The notes below the pieces were generated by a model. That model was not told the origin of the DNA. It made no database searches and saw only the letters and a list, made by a program, of their open reading frames with translations. This document shows positions 10,331-21,233 of a stretch of 64,000 nt of DNA, piece after piece (position 1 is the first letter of the stretch; the number at the start of each line of letters is the position of its first letter). This stretch comes from an uncultured archaeon (lineage in GTDB: Archaea; Thermoproteota; Bathyarchaeia; Bathyarchaeales; Bathycorpusculaceae), in contig CAWALK010000015.1 of NCBI GenBank assembly GCA_963782915.1, positions 32,001 to 96,000 of the forward strand. Reading direction: 5' to 3'. A program made the position numbers and the translations under genes.

Positions 10331-10665
10331 GCTTTAGGGTAAGGCGAAGTATCTCTTTTCGCAGTTTGAATAGTTGCTATACCAAGGGCGAAAGATAATA
10401 GGGAGAAGAATCGTGATTGGACTTATCTTTCTCATTTTCAATCGTTAGTGGGTACTGCTTATCGGGTTCAACATCTCCACCAAAGAACAGTGTGTTTCAG
10501 CATGAGAACGACTGATGTTGGGTGTGTGGGCGTGCTAAAAAAGCGGCTTATCTGTTTCTGCACCGTCAGGCAAAAACAGGCTCTCTCTCAAGCGGCAGTC
10601 GCCCAACAGAATATAAAACATCTTAACGCATGTGTACGCAATTTAAAGTTGAACCTACCGTTTGA

Positions 10666-10889
10666 ATCTATATATAGGGGAGGGGGTACGTCGGCAAAGC
10701 AACAAAGCCCCGCTTTAACCTCTAATCGTTTAGTCTCTGGCGTAGACGCATAGCAAATATAGAAATCGAGCCTGCAAACGCATACACCCTAACACCAAAA
10801 ACCAACAAATGCATGCTGAGACTTGCTTTTCTTGTGCATTTTTTAGCCTATAAATAGAGGGGGGATAGGGGCTTGGCAGAGCAACAAAC
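10666..10889 (+). repeat. Bipartite TATA/G-tract intergenic repeat element, copy A (units 10666-10706 and 10845-10889)
   Basis: ATCTATATATAGGGGAGGGGGTACGTCGGCAAAGCAACAAA and AGCCTATAAATAGAGGGGGGATAGGGGCTTGGCAGAGCAACAAAC; both units match the reverse complement of 15486-15704. Confidence 0.85.
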
Positions 10890-10929
10890 GTTTTGGCTAT
10901 GTTAAAAAAGAAAGAAGGGATATTTTTTG

Positions 10930-11608
10930 TTTTTACCTTGACCGGAACCTAAGGAATAAAATTGTTACTAACTAGAACCCCTGCGATAACAACGACCGCT
11001 ATGATAACGATTAACCAAGCGCTAAACCATCGTTTGTAACCGCCGGAGTCGGTGAAGGCGAAGCCGTTGGAGTTAACGTCGGTGTCAGCGTTGGAACTGG
11101 CGTGGGTGTTGGAGTAGGTGTTGGTGTCGGAGACGCGGTTGGTGTAGGTGTTGGGTCTGGTGTGTAGACTGAGACGGTTAAGTTGAAATCGTTGCTAGCG
11201 GAAACGACTGTGGTGCTGTTTCGAACTTTGACGTTCCAGAGGTAAGTTCCGTTTGAGGAAAACTCGTGGTAGATTGTGTTATTGGAGTAGCTTGCCATTG
11301 CAGTCTGGTTGCTTGCAACTTGGCTTCCGTTGATGTAACAAGTCTGCGCCTTCAAACTTGTTTGCTGTTCCGTTAATCTGTGGTATGTAAACGAAGCTGA
11401 CGTTGAACGAGTTTGTGATGGTGTAGTTATGTACGGGTGAGAGTATGATAACGGATATGTTTTCGGGTTCCGGCGTAGGAGTTGGTGTCGGCGTTGGAGT
11501 TGGGGTTGGAGTCGGCGTTGCTTCTTGACTGGATACAAATGGTATGAGACAACTGCTAAAGAGCAGGGTAAAAACAAGTAAGCCCAAACATGATTGCTTA
11601 TTTATCAT
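10930..11608 (-). CDS. Secreted Pro/Thr-rich surface protein with Ig-like domain and C-terminal TM (frameshifted)
   Basis: Signal peptide, (PT)n linkers, NGTYLWNVKV beta-sandwich motif; a hydrophobic C-terminus continues in another frame below 11011. Confidence 0.6.
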
Positions 11609-11752
11609 ATGTGCCTAATCGACGAATTTTATATTTATAATTTTCTCAAATCAACAAATCGAATACACAGGTTGTTAAGCCGTTGTCAAATATGGCAGTG
11701 TTTTTGTGCATCAATTTATAAATCAACAAACCAGATAGAGATAAGACGCAAC

Positions 11753-12781
11753 ATGAACAACAAAGCGGGTCCAATAACTTCCAGTCGCCAAAAACAATTC
11801 CCAGACAATCTAGCAATCAACTCCCCAATCATGTTATTTGGCCGCAAAAAGAAAGACCCAAACCCAACAGGTGCCACCACCCAAGAAGCACCGCCTAAAC
11901 CTAAACCAAAAAAACATAAAGGCACAGCCGTAACCAAATATGAAATCGCCCAAGACAAAATCAAATTTTACGCTGCAAAAGGCGCTATCAAGAAACGCTG
12001 GGTTGTTATCAACGAATTTCCCATTTACGAGTTATCCGCTATTGAGAGTTTAGGCAATTGGATTAGCCTGACTTGGAAGGATACAGCTTATCCGTTTATT
12101 CTCAAGCAAAAGGGTGCATCTTTCGCAAAGTTGAATGAGGAGCTTGTGGTCTTGCAAGAGGAATACCGGCGGAAACTGGAGCAAACTCAAAAGGCGGCTT
12201 TACGCAAAACTGAATTGTTAGCTGTTATCAATGGTTCTTTGCCCATTGTGGATTCATCATTTGACGTTTTGATGGGGTTGCACCAAAAACGCATCGACTG
12301 GAAAAGCATAGAAGCAGACGCCCAACCGTTGGGTGCATCTTATAGTTTTAGGGCAGCTACTCTGGAGCCGCTTGATTTAGACTTCTCTAAAGTTGCCGCT
12401 GCAGTTAAGAGCCAAGTGGCTAAGGAAACATCCAAAGAAACCCTAAACGTGCTCAAAGCAATACACAGCTACTTCAATGGCTTAAAGGCAGAGAACGATT
12501 TGGCAGGTACAAACCCCAACTTTGAACATGCCAAGGCAGCGGTTTTAGCGTATTATACCCTAAACGACCTTTTACTGGCTAAAATAGTGGGCGAAAAAGA
12601 TAATCAAAAAGAGATGGCTTACCTGGAAGAAACCCTGAAGACTCTTTCTGAGGGAACCAACATCAAAGTTGACGTTGTTGGCCTTTCGGGTTGTATCGAT
12701 AAAATGGGTGTTGAGGCTGAACGCGAAAGCGGGGTCTTCGAAGCACGGGCCCTGTTTAAGGAGCAGCTAAAACAGCTTTAA
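11753..12781 (+). CDS. Hypothetical protein (start uncertain; 11753 or 11831)
   Basis: Long ORF with normal codon usage; beta-rich N-terminal domain then helical/coiled-coil region; no family recognised. Confidence 0.7.
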   Translation: MNNKAGPITSSRQKQFPDNLAINSPIMLFGRKKKDPNPTGATTQEAPPKPKPKKHKGTAVTKYEIAQDKIKFYAAKGAIKKRWVVINEFPIYELSAIESLGNWISLTWKDTAYPFILKQKGASFAKLNEELVVLQEEYRRKLEQTQKAALRKTELLAVINGSLPIVDSSFDVLMGLHQKRIDWKSIEADAQPLGASYSFRAATLEPLDLDFSKVAAAVKSQVAKETSKETLNVLKAIHSYFNGLKAENDLAGTNPNFEHAKAAVLAYYTLNDLLLAKIVGEKDNQKEMAYLEETLKTLSEGTNIKVDVVGLSGCIDKMGVEAERESGVFEARALFKEQLKQL

Positions 12782-12885
12782 CCCTTTTCCTGATATTGTT
12801 TTATTTAGCGCTTTTTAGTTGTTGCTCTGATAATGTTTAAAAGTATGACGCGTGGCATATCCTATTATATTAGGAGGCAAACAAA

Positions 12886-13679
12886 ACGAAAAAAACCCTA
12901 ACAATATGCCTCATACTGCTCTCCAGCACCCTAATCCTCACAATACCCCATAACGCATCCGCGGCACCCCAATGGACCATACAATTAACAACCCTAAATG
13001 GCGCAACCACAGACATCACCTATGACCAACTCCTAGCCCTCCCAAAAACAACGGTAACCGCCGAAATCTTCTGCTATGGAATCCCCGTAACAGGCGGCAC
13101 ATGGGGCGGCGTTGTTCTATCAGAACTGCTAAACCAAACAGGCCTTGACCCAGGCGTAGCTTCCCTGAGTTTTGCAGCCCAAGATGGATACAAAGTCAGC
13201 ATCCCAATAGCTGATGCATTACGTTCAGATGTAATCTTAGCCTACGAAAAAGACGGAAGCCCACTTACTGAGACCCTGCGTTTAGTTGTGCCCTATGCAA
13301 ACGGCAACATGTGGATAAACATGGTAACTTCAATAACTATGAGTTCAAGCGCCGCAACCCTCGATCCGCTCAAATCGCTGCAACCATAAAAACACCCATG
13401 GACAACAATGCCCAATTAATACAACAACAAATCAATCAACCCACCCAACCAACACCTACACCATACACGCCAACACCAACTCCAACACCAGCACCGAACA
13501 ATTCTACAATATCATTACCCACAACATCACCGACAAACACTAACCAACCCCCCAATCAAAACATACCGGAGAATACTTCATTTCCAACCGCAATCATCTA
13601 TGCCGCGGCTCTCGGAGCAGTAATAGCGCTTGTTATCGCAAGCTTCATCGTCTACAGAACAAGACAACATAAAGCTTAA
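12886..13679 (+). CDS. Secreted, membrane-anchored sulfite-oxidase-family molybdopterin-binding domain protein (apparent ACG start; frameshift near 13355)
   Basis: Manual translation: signal peptide, then LPKTTVTAEIFCYG...TWGGVVLSELL...AQDGYKVSIP...VILAYEKDGSPL..TLRLVVP...WINMVTSI; PT linker and TM tail are in the 13311-13679 frame; AGGAGG upstream. Confidence 0.75.
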
Positions 13680-13845
13680 TCCCCGCAAAGGGTTTAGGGC
13701 ACTTGTATCTGTAGTTTTTTTGTTGTACAGAATCACAAATACGTATAGTTACGCAGTTGCAATGATACTATTTTGCGATTCGCTAACCATATATATACTT
13801 AACGCCCTATGTGGTTGTCAGACAAAGTGGGGGTAGAATAAACAT

Positions 13846-14400
13846 ATGTCAAAGAATCCGCAACAAAAAGATGAAGCTCTCGAAGCATTAGACTTTATTG
13901 TCAATGTTTTAAAGGAGCACGAAAGAGACTTAGACAAACTCATAAATGAGTTGGCTACAGTCACCGAACAGATGGGAGACACAAGCGAATTAAGCGGTAA
14001 AGTCGATAAAGTTGAAGAAAAAATTAGTGGTTTACAGAAAGAAGTTACAAACCTAATCGGTTGCATGTCCAGCGGCCAAAAAGAAACACCGTTAACAGCA
14101 GCAAATGCAACATCATCACAAGCACCCGTTGCGCCAGTTGCAGCTCAGGGTGGTCCATCAGTGATGGTGCGCTGTAAACAGTGGGAAGACTTCCAGAACT
14201 ACGCCGTTGGCGCTCAAACCGTATCTTTCAGCTACAAAGAAGAAGAGAAACTCTTTTCTGCTGATGCACTAAAGGGAAACCAAATCATCTCTTATAGTGG
14301 ACCGCTTCCAAAGTTATCCGCTGTGTTGAAATCGTTTTTGGCCAAAGAACTCTGTGTTTCGGACCGGAGCATTCTTGAAGGCGCCCTAGCCGTAAGCTAA
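13846..14400 (+). CDS. Hypothetical protein with N-terminal coiled coil
   Basis: Heptad-rich N-terminus, low-complexity linker and small globular C-domain; TATA-like element upstream. Confidence 0.75.
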   Translation: MSKNPQQKDEALEALDFIVNVLKEHERDLDKLINELATVTEQMGDTSELSGKVDKVEEKISGLQKEVTNLIGCMSSGQKETPLTAANATSSQAPVAPVAAQGGPSVMVRCKQWEDFQNYAVGAQTVSFSYKEEEKLFSADALKGNQIISYSGPLPKLSAVLKSFLAKELCVSDRSILEGALAVS

Positions 14401-14657
14401 ACAGGTTTTAGCTTAGGCTAAATCTATATTTCTATTCTTTATTGTTACTTCATAAAGCTTATATGTATTTTAGAATATCTTAAGTCTTGTTAGTGATTGG
14501 AGAGACTGGGTAAGGTTGAAGGCAAAACCACTAGCCAAAATAAACAATTTTCCGTTTTCGAAGCCTTCTCCTTTCTCCTCGAACGACGGATGGCTGATGG
14601 CCTAACCAATATACTTACACCATCCCTCCAAACACCAATAACTTTTCTTATCACGAT

Positions 14658-15482
14658 TTGTTACCTAAACGCTTTTTTCTATTATCCACAAATGCTATAG
14701 CGGTGAAGTATGTGCGTTTGGTTCCTCTTACGCCAGAGTTGGAAGCCCCCTTCTGGAGCATTGTCAAGGCGGATTACTGTGATTACTATTTTTTCATCTA
14801 TGATTTGTTATTGCAGAAAGAGCGCACGCAGATTTCTCTGGCGCTTGAGGGTGAAGCTGTGGTTGGGGTCATGCTGATTTACGATGGGCACATAGTGCAG
14901 TTACGCGGTGAACATGGGGCTGTAGAGTTTATGCTCAACAATTTGAAACAGGACTCGGTTGATGTTCAAGTGCCCGTGGACTGCGAAGATTTGCTATTGC
15001 AGAAGTACCCACACTTTAAGCTTTTAGCGCATGTGACTTTAATGAGTCTCAACAAGGGTGACGAGCAACTTGCCCTTAGGGTTACGCCTGAACGATTAAG
15101 CGCTAAAGATGCCCCGCAAATAGCGCAGTTAATGCATGAATGTTACCCAAAAATGTGGAGCGAAATATCCGCCGAAGCTGTTGAGGCATTGTTTCTGGTT
15201 AAAGAAGCCGTGTGGTTCGGAATAAAACTTGATGGTCGGCTGGTGTCGTTTGGTTATGGGATGCTAACACCCAAAGTTTGCCACGTCACTTGGATTGCTA
15301 CAAATCCACAGTATGAGAAGCGGGGTTACGCGACTTCGATTGTTTCGGCGCTGGTACATGAATGTTTAGCGGTTGCTGATGCAGCAGTAATTTATGTCAT
15401 GGACGACAATGCCGTTGCCCGTAAAATATATTCGAAAGTTGGGTTCAAACCTTACAAATCCTATGTGTTCGTAAAAACTTAG
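14658..15482 (+). CDS. GNAT family N-acetyltransferase (FR47-like; true start probably ~14703)
   Basis: IATNPQYEKRGYATSIV acetyl-CoA-binding motif; NAVARKIYSKVGF. Confidence 0.88.
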   Translation: MLPKRFFLLSTNAIAVKYVRLVPLTPELEAPFWSIVKADYCDYYFFIYDLLLQKERTQISLALEGEAVVGVMLIYDGHIVQLRGEHGAVEFMLNNLKQDSVDVQVPVDCEDLLLQKYPHFKLLAHVTLMSLNKGDEQLALRVTPERLSAKDAPQIAQLMHECYPKMWSEISAEAVEALFLVKEAVWFGIKLDGRLVSFGYGMLTPKVCHVTWIATNPQYEKRGYATSIVSALVHECLAVADAAVIYVMDDNAVARKIYSKVGFKPYKSYVFVKT

Positions 15483-15485
15483 CGC

Positions 15486-15704
15486 GTTGTTGCTCTCTGG
15501 GGCCTATCCCCCCTTATTTATAGGCTCAACAGGTGTTGGGTTTAGGGTTTTGGTTGTGGGCGTTCATTGGTTAGTGGGTATGGGGAAGCTGCGTTTGTTA
15601 GGGGAATTGTTGGGTTTATAGGCGGCTGTTTTCGGGCTCTGTTGGTTTTGGGTGTTTGGGGTTCTGTTGCTCTCCCAGAGACCCCCCTCCCCTATATATA
15701 GAAT
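15486..15704 (-). repeat. Bipartite TATA/G-tract intergenic repeat element, copy B (inverted relative to copy A)
   Basis: Minus strand: TTCTATATATAGGGGAGGGGGGTCTCTGGGAGAGCAACAGAAC and AGCCTATAAATAAGGGGGGATAGGCCCCAGAGAGCAACAAC, spaced ~177 nt as in copy A (~179 nt). Confidence 0.85.
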
Positions 15705-15934
15705 GACAAATGCAGCCTAACCCCATCGAAGTAGCGTGCATCCATTGAATATGCGCTGGGGAAAAACAATGCTTGTTGAGGTTGGCTTGCTCTGAATGTA
15801 CGTTTGCAGTGGGTGTGTCTGCATACTCCGCAAAGCTACCTTGAAAGTTCACGCGACCTCTCTGCAGCTACCGTTCCCTGCCTAAGATATAGCAAAAAGA
15901 AATTTAACGTCTCAGTGCCTGTTCACAAAAAGGG

Positions 15935-16441
15935 TTAAACGATGTATTTTCCTGTTTTCTCAAAGTCCGGCACTATCTCCATGCCCCGTTTAGGCGCATT
16001 CATCGTTCCCAGCGGCAGGCCCTTTAGCAATACCCAAGGTGACTTGCGCGCCAACTCTGTGGCAATGTGCTGTTCGCCGAAACTTTTCTTCGCCACCACA
16101 ACAACATCACGTCTAACGCCTACCTCAGACATGTCGCCTAGCGCATGCAGGTACTCATGCAACAGCAAATTGTAGACCAACGCGTTAACCGTGGGCTTAT
16201 CGGTAAAAGACATTTCAACGACATCTACGAGTGCACGGTTAAGCACAATGTTGTTAGTGCCCACCGGATAATACGCGCCCAGTTGTAATGGTAAATCGTC
16301 GAGGAAAAGCATCATGCTATTGCGCCGTTTACCCAACGCGTACTCGGCTGTCTGCTGCACAATCGTCCAAACCTCCGCATAGTTTTTCGCGTTATCCAAA
16401 CTAGAATTGAAGCCTTCAGTATTAGTGGGGTTGCTGCTCAA
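15935..16441 (-). CDS. Conserved archaeal zincin-like (HExxH) protein
   Basis: LGAYYPVGTNNIVLN and LLLHEYLHALG motif. Confidence 0.75.
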   Translation of the reverse strand: MSSNPTNTEGFNSSLDNAKNYAEVWTIVQQTAEYALGKRRNSMMLFLDDLPLQLGAYYPVGTNNIVLNRALVDVVEMSFTDKPTVNALVYNLLLHEYLHALGDMSEVGVRRDVVVVAKKSFGEQHIATELARKSPWVLLKGLPLGTMNAPKRGMEIVPDFEKTGKYIV

Positions 16442-16573
16442 AACATACCTCGCCTCTATTGCATAAACAAGGTTTTTCTCATGCCTTTAAGGATTACACA
16501 CATCAACACGCGAAATAAACGTAAAATTGATAAAGAGCAACGCATTCTCAGATAGCGTTAAGGTGAATAAAAA

Positions 16574-16993
16574 ATGGCAAGTAATTGCACCGTAAAAGAC
16601 ATCATGCAAAAAGACGTTAAAACAGTAGAAAACAACACCGTTTTGAAAGACGTTATCGCACTAATGAGCAAATATGACAAAGACGCAATCTTAGTCATCC
16701 AGAGCGGCAAGCCAACAGGCATCATCACAGCAAGAGACTTAATCGTCCGCGCAATGGAAGCTGAAGTACCAATCAAAACTATCATCGCAAGAATGGTCTA
16801 CACTAACCCACTTGTCGTCATTGACCAATGCGCAACCCTCAAAGAAGCAGCTGAACTTATGAAACACTGGAACGTAAAACACATGCCAGCAGTTGACAAG
16901 AACGGCGCACTCGTCGGCATGGTTGATGCTACACAGATAGTCTTCGCAGACCCCAAACTCATGCCAACTCTAAGTTATATCTGCCGAAAATAA
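16574..16993 (+). CDS. CBS-pair domain protein
   Basis: VKDIMQKDV, GIITARDL, KHMPAVDKNGALVGMV; GGTGA ribosome-binding site upstream. Confidence 0.9.
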   Translation: MASNCTVKDIMQKDVKTVENNTVLKDVIALMSKYDKDAILVIQSGKPTGIITARDLIVRAMEAEVPIKTIIARMVYTNPLVVIDQCATLKEAAELMKHWNVKHMPAVDKNGALVGMVDATQIVFADPKLMPTLSYICRK

Positions 16994-17081
16994 TTTCGGC
17001 TAACAACTTTATTTTTTAAATTTTAGTTACAAACTACTGTATAATATTTTATTAAAATTAAAAAGGAAAAATTTTAAGCAG

Positions 17082-17381
17082 TTATTGCTTCTGCTCTTCT
17101 GCCCAAGCTTCCTTGGCAGCTTTTGCTATGGCGTCAATGCTTGGCTGGAGATTCAATTCGTATAAAACACCTTTAACAAGCTCGTTGTTTACAATTAGCG
17201 CGATTTCGCCGGGTCTAAGTGGCTCGGGTCTTGTTGATTGAAAAACGCGAAGTGCACGTAGACAGAATTTGACGAGTACATTGTTAAGTTCTGCTTGAAG
17301 TTGACCTAATTCGTCTTTTGCTTCAACCATTTTTTTGCTGTAAGCAGTTGAATCTCTTTTTCCGGTAGGTTCCATGCTCAT
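17082..17381 (-). CDS. Small hypothetical protein
   Basis: Clean ORF from MSMEPTGK, helical; TATA-like element upstream. Confidence 0.65.
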   Translation of the reverse strand: MSMEPTGKRDSTAYSKKMVEAKDELGQLQAELNNVLVKFCLRALRVFQSTRPEPLRPGEIALIVNNELVKGVLYELNLQPSIDAIAKAAKEAWAEEQKQ

Positions 17382-17559
17382 TTTACATCTTTCCTTTAGG
17401 GAGTCATGTAAACGGCTCATTATATAATTTCCTGAAATTTTTTTTTTTTTTTTTTATTATATTTTGTTTATTTTATTGATTTTATGGGTAATAGTTTTAT
17501 TTTGTGTGTGCAAATGGTAAAACTTAGTTTTTGAAATGGTAGTAATAGAGGGCTTGGAA

Positions 17560-20003
17560 GTTTTGCACGAAATTTCAGGGGCTATGTGAAGGTCAAAGTA
17601 TAACTACGACATAACAAAAAAAATATTTGAGGCTGCTAAAAAAAAATACGCTCATTTGTGCAGTTTGATTTTTGGATAGATCTTCTTACAGGAATCTGAT
17701 AACAAGATTGATATAGCGATAATCTTACATTGTTCAAACGATAGTGGCACGTATTGAAGACGATGCGAATTGGACGATAATAATGAAGGACAACATGCAG
17801 TATCACAACGAAAAATGTTGGGTTTCTGAAAAAGGGCGACTTGTCAGTGCTCGGCAGTTTATGATATTAAACTACAGCGATAATGAATGCAGCAAAAAAT
17901 ACGTGCTAATTCGCAGGGGTTGTACCTCCAGAATCAGTGCATCTGAAGAATACTAAAACAATGAGGAATGCTGCAGTGACTATGATTGATAGCTACTGAA
18001 GGTGAGACGATTTGGCGTCTAGCGGTATCGGTTTTTGCTCATCAACTTATGTGGCGCTTCTGAACAGAGCGCAAAAGCTGCAATCGTATCTATGATAAGG
18101 TTGATCAAAGAATTTGGATAACAGTGAATGGCTCGGGGTATCAAGCATAGGGCTAAGAAGAAGAGAATGCAAGCGCAGAAATTGATTGTAAGCTGGAAGA
18201 GAATGAACGTTGGATGTTCTCATAGAGGGATCTGCCACCAGACTGCACTAGTATTGACGAAAAGAGTCATCGAGCAGTATGATGTCGCTGCTTCGCGGGC
18301 TACTCAGTTCGGCGTCATAGCAAGCTTACGTTGGCGTGTTTGAGTGCAGGTGATGTTGTTCATCGCTGTTACGCCACTACTGCGCCAGTTTTTTGCAGCG
18401 CTTTAACGAGTAAAAGCTTATCATGGGTTCTGCTGTGCTATAACATCGAGGTTCTGTGCGGCGGCTACTGTTCTTCTTCTAAGAGAGATCGGAAAACGCG
18501 CCAGTCACGACAGTACGCTGTAGGATTCTGACTTTGAGCGATTGCTCGTGCAGTTTCTGGGTTTTACAGTGACATTCGAACACGGATGCTGGTATTTGGC
18601 AAATGGCGACGGATTGGGGATGTTATCCGGAGAGGGTTAGTATGCCGACGAAACCATCCATATAAGACCACTTCGGTTTCGTCTCCGTTAATGACTTCTT
18701 TGTGTGCGAAGCTAAGTGTTCGCATTGCGTGAGGCAAGGACATTTACTTCGGAGAGTCTAGTTTCTTGTGCACAGCTCTGCAAGAATTCAGGTGCACTTG
18801 ACTGAAGAGCTAAGATCGGTCGCTATCTGAATGACTGTAGACATTCGTTTGCGGTTACTATCGAAGAGGTACGTTTAGTTATTTGCGTTTTCTTTCGGAT
18901 TTGCATGTAGTCACAAGAGTGCTCTTTTAGCTAACGGAGAAGAGCTCCTCTGTTGAGTTACGATTACAATTGTCTTTCCTTCTCTCTTCAAGATGTGCTG
19001 TGCATTCACGCAGCGTGAGGGTTACATTCGGCTTACAGTGGCGGGCATGTTGGTATGTATAGGGGTTTCCCGAGGATGTTCAACACTGCATCTGGTTTTT
19101 GGTCAAAGTTCCGGTCTTGTCAGTGCAGATGGTTGTGGCGGACGATGTTGCACGGATAAGTCAGCGCGGGCAGAAACTGGTATTTTGCGCATGGCAAGCG
19201 AGAGTGAGAGGGCAACACCATAGGTAGCCTCGGGGATTGCAGCGACACAATAACCACGAGAGCATAAAGTAGTGGAGAACATTATTGGCGGTAAACATAT
19301 CAAACCTGTCACTTCGCGAAAATCATGCCGCGGATAATCAGAGAGCTGAAGATAAAATTGCTATGGCATACCGAATTTACTGATAGTGCTAGTAAGACTA
19401 GCTCCTCAAAGGAGTAAGTGATGCGTGGTCGATGCCAGTGAAGCGGCAATCACGCATCTGTGCTGAGTCACGACTGCTGCAGCGATATCTGTCCTTCTGC
19501 TGTGATGAAGGCGCCTTGAGGACTGAGCTTTTCGGTTTTTGTCACTGGCTCGGTTCACCGGTAAATGCGGATCATCAGAGCAGAGGTCGTCGCCAGATAT
19601 ACCAGCGTCGGGGGTATAGCGTCACCAGCTCCAGCAGGATAAGGTCGACACGATGTCGCGGGAGGGGAGGGGTTGGATGACATCTCTGATTACTTTAACT
19701 GCTACGTCATCTCGGCGGGCGTTTAAGGTGTCGAACTCTTGCGCTTCGGTATCGTTGAAAAACGTTACGGTGGCGAGGAGAACGGCGATAAGAATCGATG
19801 TGTCGAGAATCCTTCCTTGATGAGGAAGACAACATAGAAATGGCGACAGCAACGAGCAATATTTGATGATGGGGTTATGTATTTTTTTAGGTACTGTTTC
19901 CAGAGAGGTCTCGTACTGGGGGCGTATTGTGTTAGTGCCGTATTGTTTACGGAGCTGGTCAATCTGAGAAGTGGAGAGTGTTCTCTGTGGTTATTTTATT
20001 CAT
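17560..20003 (-). pseudogene. P-type ATPase (Ca2+-transporting, type II/PMCA-like) in extremely indel-rich sequence; probably low-quality assembly rather than a true pseudogene
   Basis: Minus-strand fragments: PLWKQYL, LIAVLLAT..FFN, EFDTLNARRDDVAVKVIRD, SAFTGE, AIPE, VALSLSLAMRK, ATTICTDKTGTLTKNQM (DKTGTLT at 19101-19121), DIILLDDSF, LYENIQRF. The 3' boundary is approximate. Confidence 0.8.
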
Positions 20004-20705
20004 TCGTCTAATGTTAACATGATTTTGATCCTGGTGACGGGACAGGACTGTTGTGCAACAGGACTCGGGCTGTTGTTAAAAAATATGATGGCTTATTTGG
20101 GGGCATTTGGGCATGAAACTATTGTTCGCCAGCTATGCTCGCATAATGTCGTAGACCTAAGTTTGGGAATAGTTTTTCTTGCTACGTTCCTTTTGTCAAT
20201 TCAGTTTTTTGTAATGAGTGAAAGAAAGCGAGTGTTTCAACTGCGATGTTACGAGATCGTTTCTACGTGAGTAAAAGTTAGTCTTGCCATATTTTGGGGT
20301 TCAAGCTCAAACTTTGAATATTCCATGTTGGGTATCAAAAATAGCCCATGAGCTATGTCCCAACGGTCAGTCCATACACCACACTTTGATTGGTATTTTA
20401 ACGCCAAGCGTTCAAGGTTTTCAAGCCATTTTATTTTGATTCAAATTTTGGATTACCAAAGGACAGCTCTCAGGAGAGTGCTAATTACCTGTATGATATA
20501 CATTCAAACTCTACCCTCAATGGTCAATCAATATTACGTATGCTTACTTAAAGTATAATTCGATTGAGATTCCATGAGTTTGGTGTGAAGCATTTTCCGC
20601 TATTAAATCGAGCCTTAACATATTTTTTTAAAGTGCGCATGCTAAGGTGTAAAAACTTTTTCTTCTGGATTTAGATTAGGAAAAAAATCACTAAAAATGG
20701 TAGGT

Positions 20706-21179
20706 TTATTTTTTTATTTCATTAACATCAATATGTTGCGGGATGTGCAATCTATTTGTTTTAATATCAAGCCAAAAATGGAAAATATCCTCATTATTTA
20801 ACTTATGACTATGCGGTTCAGGTTGTACATGTGATGCAATCATGCTAAAGCAAGCATCAGAAATAAGCACCTTGTAGTTACCATTTGGAAGAATTTGAAC
20901 TGTAACGTGGCTTTCATCGGTTGGAACGTTTCTATAAGTGCCTTTATTTTCAATATTTAATTCTTGCTCAAGCCAAAGCTCCAGCAGTTCTGTGCTTGGG
21001 CGCTTGGGTTGTTTAATTTCTTTATTAATATAGTCAATATCTTCTTTTGGGACTTTCAATTCAAATATTTTCAAAGCAAGCACCGATGATATTTTAGATT
21101 TAGACAACAAAATCATCGATTTAAAGCTTATTAGTTGTTTCCTGCAAACACATTGCTTAGGTCGAAAATTTGATAGCAA
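20706..21179 (-). CDS. AT-rich hypothetical protein (start uncertain)
   Basis: Open frame with a globular-looking C-terminal ~115 aa; no recognised family. Confidence 0.45.
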   Translation of the reverse strand: MLSNFRPKQCVCRKQLISFKSMILLSKSKISSVLALKIFELKVPKEDIDYINKEIKQPKRPSTELLELWLEQELNIENKGTYRNVPTDESHVTVQILPNGNYKVLISDACFSMIASHVQPEPHSHKLNNEDIFHFWLDIKTNRLHIPQHIDVNEIKK

Positions 21180-21233
21180 GACAACTAGAATGGACAGAGA
21201 TAGAGATGATAAGATAAAAAACGCTAAAAAGAA

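Noticed and set aside
10448-10753. Short ORFs sharing 'SIYRGGG' (also 15616-15852) as a peptide family
   Set aside because: The similarity is confined to the translated DNA repeat motif; the rest of the ORFs is unrelated, so the conserved unit is nucleotide-level.
11040-11520. Tandem DNA repeats GGTGTT/GGAGTT (also near 13450 and 57600)
   Set aside because: They simply encode Pro-Thr linkers of surface proteins.
17744-20558. Numerous 60-100 aa ORFs on both strands
   Set aside because: Explained as fragments or antisense frames of the error-ridden P-type ATPase region.
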